A DNA stretch of 64,000 nucleotides from assembly GCA_963759415.1 (NCBI GenBank), contig CAVWZG010000004.1, positions 327,842-391,841 of the forward strand, read 5' to 3'. Numbering within the stretch: position 1 is the first letter of the stretch; every line of letters starts with the position of its first letter. Positions 28,501 to 35,017 of the stretch are shown here, piece after piece. Both the position numbers and the translations under genes were made by a program. Below the pieces are notes generated by a model. It was not told the DNA's origin. It did not search any database and saw only the letters and a list, made by a program, of their open reading frames with translations. The stretch is from an uncultured Verrucomicrobiae bacterium (GTDB taxonomy: Bacteria; Verrucomicrobiota; Verrucomicrobiia; Limisphaerales; Palsa-1400).

Positions 28501-29012
28501 GTTTTTACGTTTGCATGACGCGTGCGAGGGACCAAGTTTCGATGCTCTATGAAGGTGCGCCCTCACAGTTTCTTCGACAGATGGAGGATTGTATCGTTTG
28601 GACGGAGGAGGCACTCATACAAGACTACCAACCAGCACCGCCGATACCCGTCGTGCCGCCTCCAACACAAAGGATGCGATTTACGAACCTTCTCGCCCGC
28701 AAAGGACTCCGACCGCATGAGTCATGTGTCCAAAACTTGTCGAATGAATCCCTTGCCGTCCTGCGTGTCTTTTACAATACGAAAGTGGACAAGTCGAGGT
28801 TGGTTGACTGCCGTGGCTACAACGCCGACGCGATGAATGAGTTGGAGCGGAAGAAAACAGAGGAATTTCATCGTTGGGTCACGCCAAACAACCTTTCCCG
28901 TCTTCGCCAGTCCTATTTTTCACGATGGCGGCATATCGGACGGCGGGCTTTGCTACAATTGGATCGACAATTTCGCAATCTCGGCATTACCACTTTCCTA
29001 TCGAAGAAATGA
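25593..29012 (+). CDS. NERD-domain nuclease / UvrD-like SF1 helicase fusion protein (1139 aa) with a helix-hairpin-helix-like C-terminal tail
   Basis: NERD-like N-terminus (aa about 15-135: ELDAVLLKGDALFVIDMKDYGG...GNPYRQIRNNKFALLNFL). SF1 motifs: GVSGSGKT (501-508), VLVDEFQD (737-744), LTGDPVQ (767-773), KKNYRNC (813-819), STLNDLKGFEFNLVVV (931-946), VCMTRARD (973-980). The tail ends ...IGRRALLQLDRQFRNLGITTF. It starts 20 nt after the SIR2-like gene. Confidence 0.85.
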   Translation: MPFQAYLPVGFAHSHESRMFEQLTRVLAAGFNSDKKSVYLIGNAMFDDKELDAVLLKGDALFVIDMKDYGGLIHFSETTEWFADEVEVRGGAQGNPYRQIRNNKFALLNFLKRKGPRILPPPEVSQYWHICGVVLFGQDIHLDEKMPQSISDWFTICDFRSLLKAISPFRTRGRSLPDADLARMVGCLGLNERHLYTGAAAPAPVKALAVQAPAQAARLQVLYYNQSHFRNALLALRQSGGRKTAAATRLLILIQQTGEGIDSFATLPASPDARIENALIYVLNEEARFVAIKSNSTVHLCFCGTPSEVETWLQVNAGLTLAVDAETLRIDPTVVTTQATQTVLAPTRMTEDNQNFLIRVKGLDLESLVSSSLVRRHLLGLNENSSDELIQEVLGAVSDEDVRLFLRDVISSAKAGDITGAETRIRLRKSEACPVIDAPGLTHQAISSNANPDQVTNLSDTDPKELERLFDQDFEKWMLHLHKDQENLAKADFDKPVVLTGVSGSGKTCVLVHRARYLARKYPGERIAILTLNRSLAGLLRNLVNRLCLDGEAKNIHVMAFYDYFSQLLHDLGPGEYLNQLSEQAPESSVTQDVIDAVNVRRLAREFDPLSGETTEDTWEDFYASQNPEVKEWFAEICHYLEEYRIDASRYLREEFTLARSAFPVSDRLRGYTSFERKGRSIPLQPKHRSQILKLLLLFEEYMLAGEVLDVLELTLAVTPLWRQIRDLPAVKKFRCVLVDEFQDFSTLDLRLLMWVPPRDAQNALFLTGDPVQKILVKRLSLGDAGLAGKERIAGSVEGPVVAEANAIHFTIKKNYRNCRLILRAASKLANVYGELARKSGEEIEVLDAELAIHERAKPIALKTNNQVKKAWEIARQCLAEGQTQAWTICIASASTHRYPTDAILAMRPPGLQAEVLSGDYIKKPDTVVVSTLNDLKGFEFNLVVVIGCDEGVCPASNVAEGEVWRDALRFYVCMTRARDQVSMLYEGAPSQFLRQMEDCIVWTEEALIQDYQPAPPIPVVPPPTQRMRFTNLLARKGLRPHESCVQNLSNESLAVLRVFYNTKVDKSRLVDCRGYNADAMNELERKKTEEFHRWVTPNNLSRLRQSYFSRWRHIGRRALLQLDRQFRNLGITTFLSKK

Positions 29013-29415
29013 GTTTCCATGAGTCGGCCAAGCCTTGAAATATTTTGCCTGAATTGAAACGGCCAACTTTGTTTTGCGCTTCTGCCCCCGTTTTTCATTT
29101 CCAAATCGGAGTGCAAGTGTCCTCACTTCTTACACTCAAGTCAGAAAGGCGTGCCATAGTTTTGGCGAGTTGACGGTCAAAGCGTTCCATGCTCTTGCAC
29201 GATTGACGGAAAAAGCGTCTCGGCCAAACAAATGGTGAATGAGTTCTGTTGCATTCCCATCCAATGATGGTAATATGTAGTGGCGTGGCGCTCACGCGCC
29301 TGTGTTCTTTGACATTTTGCGAACCTCAAAACCGCCAAGGCGAAAGAGCAGGAAAGCCGGTCGCGGACAGCTTACGCGTCATCCTTCAGCCTTTGGCCTC
29401 GGTTCCCGGCGAATT

Positions 29416-29462
29416 GACTGAATGTGAGTGAATTTGACCGGATACGACTGGATATGACTGGG
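29416..29462. repeat. Array of about 4.6 degenerate 10-bp tandem repeats (GACTGAATGT GAGTGAATTT GACCGGATAC GACTGGATAT GACTGGG)
   Basis: Read directly from the sequence. The 10-bp phasing places the units on one face of the helix. It lies in the non-coding gap between the helicase gene and tRNA-Arg. Confidence 0.6.
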
Positions 29463-29506
29463 AAAAAATAAAGAACATGTTGCGCGTCCAAAAATGGCAA
29501 ATTTTG

Positions 29507-29538
29507 CCGGTCAAGGCCAGTCACACCGGTCAAGGCCA
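29507..29538. repeat. Two perfect 13-bp direct repeats CCGGTCAAGGCCA separated by 6 bp
   Basis: 29507-29519 and 29526-29538, about 65 nt from the 3' end of tRNA-Arg. Confidence 0.7.
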
Positions 29539-29602
29539 TGAAAAACCAAGGGGTCCTGGAATTATGACGCTTTTTTGGGTTTGACGAAGGCGTATTCGTT
29601 GG

Positions 29603-29678
29603 TGGTACCCCCGTCCAGAATTGAACTGGAATCCACCATTTAGGAAACGGTTGCTCTATCCATTTGAGCTACGGGGGC
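29603..29678 (-). tRNA. tRNA-Arg (anticodon CCU), CCA encoded
   Basis: The minus strand reads GCCCCCG TA GCTC AAATGGATA GAGC A ACCGT TTCCTAA ATGGT GGAT TCCAG TTCAATT CTGGA CGGGGGT A CCA. It folds by hand into a 76-nt cloverleaf with anticodon loop TT-CCT-AA. Confidence 0.85.
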
Positions 29679-29856
29679 TGCAAACCCAATGCAGAATAAC
29701 CCTGAGAGGACGGTTTACAAGCGCATCCGGCTTCAAAAAAGCGAGGCCGGCTGAAACGCTCGTCCTCACCCCTGCCCTCTCCACCTGGAGAGGGAGAATG
29801 ACCCGCCGTCCACTTGCATTTCCAACGCCTTGATTTGCCGGACGCAAACCTGAACC

Positions 29857-29892
29857 TTGACGCAGGAAACTAGTAATACTATAATAGTTTCC
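29857..29892 (+). promoter_or_regulatory. Sigma70-like promoter (TTGACG-17 nt-TATAAT) overlapped by an 8-bp inverted repeat, the likely TetR operator
   Basis: TTGACG at 29857-29862 and TATAAT at 29880-29885. GGAAACTA (29865-29872) and TAGTTTCC (29885-29892) form a perfect inverted repeat. The tetR-like ATG is at 29900. Confidence 0.5.
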
Positions 29893-29899
29893 GTAGTAT

Positions 29900-30550
29900 A
29901 TGAAGACGCGTTTGAGTCGATGGCCCGTGGAGCTTCCGGTGAAACAACGGATCGTGGCCCATGCCCGGCGCCACTTTTTCGCTCATGGGTTTCGCGGCGT
30001 CACCATGGATGACCTGGCGGAGGAACTGGGCATGAGCAAGAAGACGCTTTATGCGCACTTCTCCGGCAAGACCACGCTTTTGGAAGCTGTCATCGCCGAT
30101 AAATTTCGCGAAGTAGAACTGGACCTCAATGCAATTTCGTCAGGCAAATCGGCCGATTTCACGGGGAAGCTGCTGCAACTGCTGGAGTGCGTGGAGCGGC
30201 AACTTGAAGAAATCCAGCCTGCCTTTGTCCGGGACATGCGACGGGAAGCGCCGGAGGTGTTCAGACGGATCGAGGGCCTGCGCGAGGAACTGTTTCAGCG
30301 GCATTTTGCCAAGCTGTTCAACGAGGGCCGCAAGTCCGGGCTGATCCGCAAGGATATTCCAGCCAACGTCATCATTGAGGTCCTGCTCGCGGCAGTGCAT
30401 GGAATCCTGAATCCGCGGAAAGTCGAGGAACTTGGCCTCACGCCGAAAACCGCCTTCACAGACATCCTGCGCATTGTGTTGGAAGGGGCGGTGACTGAGC
30501 AAGGCCGGTCGGCGCGCGAAGGCGTTCCCGCCGAGAAAGAAAGTTTATAG
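29900..30550 (+). CDS. TetR/AcrR-family transcriptional regulator
   Basis: HTH region RIVAHARRHFFAHGFRGVTMDDLAEELGMSKKTLYAHFSGKTTLLEAVI. It is the first gene of the efflux operon. Confidence 0.85.
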   Translation: MKTRLSRWPVELPVKQRIVAHARRHFFAHGFRGVTMDDLAEELGMSKKTLYAHFSGKTTLLEAVIADKFREVELDLNAISSGKSADFTGKLLQLLECVERQLEEIQPAFVRDMRREAPEVFRRIEGLREELFQRHFAKLFNEGRKSGLIRKDIPANVIIEVLLAAVHGILNPRKVEELGLTPKTAFTDILRIVLEGAVTEQGRSAREGVPAEKESL

Positions 30551-30552
30551 CT

Positions 30553-31509
30553 ATGAAACGTTTTTTGACGGCGGCCTCAATGGCCTTGTGCATGGCGGCG
30601 GGTTGCGAACGGCAGCGGCCCAATTGGACGCAGGGCTACGTGGAGGGGGAATTCGTCTATGTCGCTTCGCCGCTGGCCGGGGCGCTGGAATCGCTCAAGG
30701 TGCAACGCGGCATGAGCATCCGTCAGGGAGACCTGTTGTTCGCGCTGGAGAACGGCTCGGAAAAGGACTTGCAAGAGCAGGCGGCGTGGCAGGCCCGCCA
30801 GGCCGCGGCCAATCGCGACGATGCCTTGCAGGGAAAACGGCCGTCGGAAATAGATTCCATCGCGGCCCAACTGCAACGGGCGCAGGCGGCCTTGAAACTT
30901 TCCGAAAGCCAATTGTCGCGGCAGGAACAACTGGCGGCGGTGGCCGGCGCATCGGCAAAGGATGATCTTGACAAAGCCCTTTCCCAGCGGGACCAGGATC
31001 GCAACGCGGTGGCCGACATCGAGGCTGAACTGGCGACGGCCCGGCTGGGGGCGCGCAGCAACCAGGTGCTGGCGGCGGAAGCCGGCGTGGGCGCGGCGAA
31101 GGCGGGCCTGGCGAAGGCGGGTTGGGACCTCGCGCAAAAGAGCCAGTCCGCGCCCAAAAGCGGACTTGTTTTTGACACTTTTTACCGCGAAGGCGAATGG
31201 GTGGCGGCTGGACGGCCGATTGTGTCGCTGCTGCCGCCGGAGAACATCAAGGTGCGCGCTTTTGTGGCGGAAAGCGTCCTGGGAGCGCTTCATCCCGGCA
31301 GCGGCGCGCGGGTCCACGTGGACGGGATCGGCGAGGCGCTGACGGGGAAGATAAGCTTTATCTCGCCTAACGCGGAATACACCCCGCCGGTGATCTACAG
31401 CCGGGAAAGCCGGAGCAAGCTTATGTACCTGGTGGAGTTGGTTTTTGACGAGGGCACGGCGGCAAGGCTTCATCCGGGGCAGCCGGTGGACGTGGAATTT
31501 TCCTTTTGA
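30553..31509 (+). CDS. HlyD-family membrane fusion/periplasmic adaptor protein
   Basis: Lipoprotein-like N-terminus (MALCMAAGC), barrel-sandwich VASPLAGALESLKVQRGMSIRQGDLLFAL, Ala/Gln-rich coiled coil, C-terminal GQPVDVEF. Confidence 0.8.
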   Translation: MKRFLTAASMALCMAAGCERQRPNWTQGYVEGEFVYVASPLAGALESLKVQRGMSIRQGDLLFALENGSEKDLQEQAAWQARQAAANRDDALQGKRPSEIDSIAAQLQRAQAALKLSESQLSRQEQLAAVAGASAKDDLDKALSQRDQDRNAVADIEAELATARLGARSNQVLAAEAGVGAAKAGLAKAGWDLAQKSQSAPKSGLVFDTFYREGEWVAAGRPIVSLLPPENIKVRAFVAESVLGALHPGSGARVHVDGIGEALTGKISFISPNAEYTPPVIYSRESRSKLMYLVELVFDEGTAARLHPGQPVDVEFSF

Positions 31510-31512
31510 GTT

Positions 31513-32439
31513 ATGGCGGACGACATTGCCATCGACGTGCATGGAATGACCAAACGGTTTGGTGATTTGACGGCGGTTGATCACATCGATCTGCAAGTGC
31601 GCGCCGGAGAAATCTGCGGTTTTCTCGGGCCTAACGGCAGCGGCAAGACGACGTTCATCCGCATGTTGTGCGGCTTGCTGCGCGCGGACGAGGGAAACGG
31701 GAAATGCCTCGATTTCGACGTGATCCATCAGAGCGGCGAGATCAAGCGCCAGGTGGGTTATATGACGCAACGGTTCAGCTTTTGGGAGGACCTCACGGTG
31801 GCCGAAAATCTTGATTTCGTGGCCAGAATGTACGCTGTCAAGAATCGCGCGCGAACGGTCAAAGAAACCATCGCGCGGCTCGGCTTGGAAGAGCGCGGCG
31901 GGCAATTGGCGGGGCATCTCTCCGGCGGATGGAAGCAACGGCTGGCGCTGGCGGCCTGCATGATCCATCAACCGAAGCTGTTGCTGCTGGATGAGCCGAC
32001 GGCGGGGGTCGATCCCAAAGCGCGGCGCGATTTTTGGGACGAAATACACCGGCTGGCCGAAGGCGGGATGACCTTCCTCATTGCCACGCATTACATGGAT
32101 GAAGCGGAGCGCTGCCATGGGCTGGCGTTTATTGCGCGAGGCAGATTGCTGACGCGGGGAACGGTGGCGGAAGTCATAGAGCAAAGTCAGTTGACGACCT
32201 GGGCGGTGAAGGGGCCGGAGCTGCCGCGGCTGGCGGAACAATTGCGCGCCCGGCCCGGAGTGGAACAGGCGGCGCTCTTCGGCACGGCGCTGCACGTGAG
32301 CGGCGACAATACGGCCACGCTCGAACAAGCGGTGAAGCCGTTTCAAAGCGCGCCATACCAATGGCAAAAAATCGAGCCAAGTTTGGAAGATGTTTTCATT
32401 CATCGGATGGACAAGGACCACAACAACCACTCCGCATGA
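31513..32439 (+). CDS. ABC transporter ATP-binding protein (ABC-2 type)
   Basis: Walker A GPNGSGKTT, signature LSGGWKQRL, Walker B LLLLDEPTAGVD, H-loop IATHYMDEAE. Confidence 0.9.
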   Translation: MADDIAIDVHGMTKRFGDLTAVDHIDLQVRAGEICGFLGPNGSGKTTFIRMLCGLLRADEGNGKCLDFDVIHQSGEIKRQVGYMTQRFSFWEDLTVAENLDFVARMYAVKNRARTVKETIARLGLEERGGQLAGHLSGGWKQRLALAACMIHQPKLLLLDEPTAGVDPKARRDFWDEIHRLAEGGMTFLIATHYMDEAERCHGLAFIARGRLLTRGTVAEVIEQSQLTTWAVKGPELPRLAEQLRARPGVEQAALFGTALHVSGDNTATLEQAVKPFQSAPYQWQKIEPSLEDVFIHRMDKDHNNHSA

Positions 32440-33578
32440 GCAACGGCCGCCATTTTTCGCTGGCGCGTTTGCGCGCCATAGTCTTCAAGGAATTCATCCA
32501 GATGCGGCGGGATCGATTGACATTTCTGATGATGATCGGAATTCCGCTGATGCAATTAGTCCTCTTTGGCTACGCCATCAACGCGGACCCGAAACATTTG
32601 CCGACGGCCGTTCTTGTGGCCGACGACGGGCCGCAGGCGCGCACGCTGCTGACGGCGATTCGCAACAGCAGCTATTTCGATTTTGTCCGCGAGGCGCATT
32701 CCGTGGCCGAGGGGCGGGAAATGCTCGAACGGGGCGACGTTCAATTTGTGGTCAACATTCCGCAGAATTTCAGCCGCGATCTCGTGCGCGGCGACCGACC
32801 GGCCGTGCTGGTGGAGGCGGACGCGACGGACCCGGCGGCCACCGGCAACGCGGTGGGTTCCCTCCCGCCATTGTTGGCGGACGCGTTGCACAACGACCTG
32901 AAAGGGCCGCTGGCCTTTCTCGCCGCAAGTCCCAGCCCGGTCGATTTGCGCGTTCACGCGCTCTACAACCCGGAAGTCATCACCCAATACAATATCGTGC
33001 CGGGCTTGATGGGCGTTGTTTTGACACTGACCATGATTCTGATCACCGGGCTGGCCATCACGCGGGAGACGGAAAAAGGGACGATGGAGAATCTTCTTTC
33101 CATGCCAACGCGCCCGCTGGAAGTCATGCTGGGCAAGATCATCCCGTATATCCTGGTCGGATACATTCAAGTGGGACTGATTCTGGCGGCCTCGGTGTTG
33201 CTCTTTCACGTGCCCATCGCGGGCAGCATGATATTTTTGTTGTCTGCCACATTTCTGTTTATCGTGGCCAATCTCGCGGTCGGCATCACCTTTTCGACGG
33301 TGGCCAAGAATCAGCTTCAGGCCATGCAGATGGGTTTCTTTTACTTTCTGCCCAACATTCTGCTTTCGGGATTCGCCTTCCCGTTTCGCGGCATGCCGCA
33401 TTGGGCGCAGGCGTTGGGGGAAATCCTGCCGCTGACGCATTTCCTGCGGATTGTGCGCGGCATCATGCTCAAGGGAAATGGCCTGGGCGAAATCGGGTTT
33501 CAACTCTGGCCCATCGCCCTGTTCTGCGCGGCGGCACTGGCAATTGGCGTCATGCGTTACCGCCGGACGTTGGATTGA
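32436..33578 (+). CDS. ABC-2 family transporter permease
   Basis: From ATG 32436 (ATGA overlap with the ATPase stop): MSNGRHFSLARLRAIVFKEFIQMRRDRLTFLMMIGIPLMQLVLFGYAIN..., ITRETEKGTMENLLSMP, six hydrophobic spans. Confidence 0.85.
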   Translation: MSNGRHFSLARLRAIVFKEFIQMRRDRLTFLMMIGIPLMQLVLFGYAINADPKHLPTAVLVADDGPQARTLLTAIRNSSYFDFVREAHSVAEGREMLERGDVQFVVNIPQNFSRDLVRGDRPAVLVEADATDPAATGNAVGSLPPLLADALHNDLKGPLAFLAASPSPVDLRVHALYNPEVITQYNIVPGLMGVVLTLTMILITGLAITRETEKGTMENLLSMPTRPLEVMLGKIIPYILVGYIQVGLILAASVLLFHVPIAGSMIFLLSATFLFIVANLAVGITFSTVAKNQLQAMQMGFFYFLPNILLSGFAFPFRGMPHWAQALGEILPLTHFLRIVRGIMLKGNGLGEIGFQLWPIALFCAAALAIGVMRYRRTLD

Positions 33579-33583
33579 CGTTT

Positions 33584-35017
33584 ATGAGAAGATTATTGTC
33601 ATGCGCCTGCGGTGGATTTCTTTGCTGGTGGGCGGCCTCATGCGCCGTCGGACCGGACTACAAACGGCCGGAAGTGAGCGCACTGACGCCCGGGGATTGG
33701 CATTGGAAACAGGCCGAGCCGGGCGATGCCGTGGCCAAAGGAGAATGGTGGAAACTGTTTCACGATCCTATTCTTGACGGATTGGAAAGCAACGCACTGG
33801 CCGGCAACCAGGACCTGCGCGCGGCCGTGGCCCGAGTGGACCAGGCGCGGGCGGCCGCGCGAATGGAGCGAAGCCAGTTCTTCCCCGAAGTTTCGCTTGA
33901 CCCCTCTTTTTCCCGCCAGCGCACCACCGGCCATTTGCCGACTCCGATACCCTTCAAGGTGCCGGCGGCGTATTTCAACACCTATAGCGCGCCGCTGGAT
34001 TTGAGCTACGAAGTGGATCTTTGGGGGCGCGTGCGCCGATCTTTCGCGGCGGCGCGGGCGCAGGCGCAAGGCAGCGTCTCGGATTATCAGAACGTTCTGC
34101 TTACGCTGACCGCGGACATCGCGGTGGATTACTTTTTGCTTCGATCCCAGGACGGTCAAATTGCCGCCCTGCGGCGGACGGTGGAAGCGCGGAAGGACTC
34201 GGTTGCGTTGCTCAACGCGCGTTTTTCCGCCGGCGCCACCGCGGAGATTGACCTTGTTCGCGCGAGGACGGAATTGGCCACCGCCAAGGGCGAACTGGCC
34301 GACTCGATTCGACAGCGCGCTGAAACGGCCAATGCCCTGGCTTTGCTGTGCGGAAAACCAGCCAGTTCGTTTGCGATTGCCGAACAGCAAACGGCTGGCT
34401 CGCCTCCAGCGGCGCCCATCGCGCTTCCTTCGTCAGTTCTGGAACGCCGCCCGGATATAGCGGCCGCGGAAAGAAGTTTGGCGGCGAAAAATGAACAAAT
34501 CGGGGTGGCGCGCGCGGCTTACTTTCCAGTGCTTCGATTGACAGGTCAGGCTGGATTCCTGAGCGCCGAAGCGCAGAATGTGTTTTCGTGGGACAGCCGC
34601 GTCTGGTCCATCGGACCGAGCGTCAGTCTGCCCTTGTTCAACGGCGGAAGAACGCGGGCCGAAGTCAAACAAGCCGAGGGCGCTTACGAGGAAGGAGTGG
34701 CCAGCTATCGGCAGACCGTGCTCCGGGCGTTCAAGGAGGTGGAGGATTGCCTGGCGCAAATCGCGCTTTGGGACGAACAAAACACCGCCCAGGACGAGGC
34801 CTTGGCGTCAACGCGGAAGGTGGCGGCGCTGGCCAGGGCGCGGTTCAACGCCGGGACCAGCAGTTACCTCGAAGTCATCGACGCCGAAAGAGATGCCTTG
34901 GCACAGGAACGGCAACAGGCGCTGCTCCAAGGCGAACGGTTCGGAGCATCCGTGCGCCTGATCAAAGCCCTGGGGGGCGGGTGGAATGACAATCAGTTTA
35001 TCTCCTCTTATAGGTAA
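33584..35017 (+). CDS. Outer-membrane efflux lipoprotein (NodT/TolC family)
   Basis: From ATG 33584: MRRLLSCACGGFLCWWAASCAVGPDYKRPE (lipobox, then the NodT-typical GPDYxRP motif) and two TolC-like repeats. The 875-aa track ORF is an upstream extension in a frame overlapping the permease gene. Confidence 0.85.
   Translation: MRRLLSCACGGFLCWWAASCAVGPDYKRPEVSALTPGDWHWKQAEPGDAVAKGEWWKLFHDPILDGLESNALAGNQDLRAAVARVDQARAAARMERSQFFPEVSLDPSFSRQRTTGHLPTPIPFKVPAAYFNTYSAPLDLSYEVDLWGRVRRSFAAARAQAQGSVSDYQNVLLTLTADIAVDYFLLRSQDGQIAALRRTVEARKDSVALLNARFSAGATAEIDLVRARTELATAKGELADSIRQRAETANALALLCGKPASSFAIAEQQTAGSPPAAPIALPSSVLERRPDIAAAERSLAAKNEQIGVARAAYFPVLRLTGQAGFLSAEAQNVFSWDSRVWSIGPSVSLPLFNGGRTRAEVKQAEGAYEEGVASYRQTVLRAFKEVEDCLAQIALWDEQNTAQDEALASTRKVAALARARFNAGTSSYLEVIDAERDALAQERQQALLQGERFGASVRLIKALGGGWNDNQFISSYR

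Noticed and set aside
29416-29538. The direct repeats near tRNA-Arg as a possible mini-CRISPR array.
   Set aside because: The units are only 10-13 bp. They are either degenerate or present just twice, with no spacers of CRISPR size and no cas genes in the window.
29013-29602. A possible integrase or transposase remnant (for example ORF 29095-29295) between the helicase gene and tRNA-Arg.
   Set aside because: I could recognise no tyrosine-recombinase (R..HxxR..Y) or DDE motif in any frame, so I cannot support a call. I also found no copy of the tRNA 3' end at the left edge of the island.
30577-32430. Very long ORFs antisense to well-supported genes. Examples: 30577-32430 (617 aa), 41023-42645 (540 aa), 42890-44719 (609 aa), 15548-16657, 19613-20548, 20615-21652, 2642-3778 and 206-925.
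   Set aside because: These are shadow ORFs typical of GC-rich DNA. Their translations are Arg/Pro/Gly/Ala-rich low-complexity sequence without motifs, and each fully overlaps a gene with clear family signatures on the other strand.
32390-33583. The 875-aa ORF 32390-35017 suggests a much larger outer-membrane protein.
   Set aside because: The first about 398 codons are Arg/Gly-rich nonsense overlapping the ABC-2 permease gene in another frame. A lipoprotein signal with a lipobox, followed by the NodT-typical GPDYKRP motif, begins at ATG 33584.
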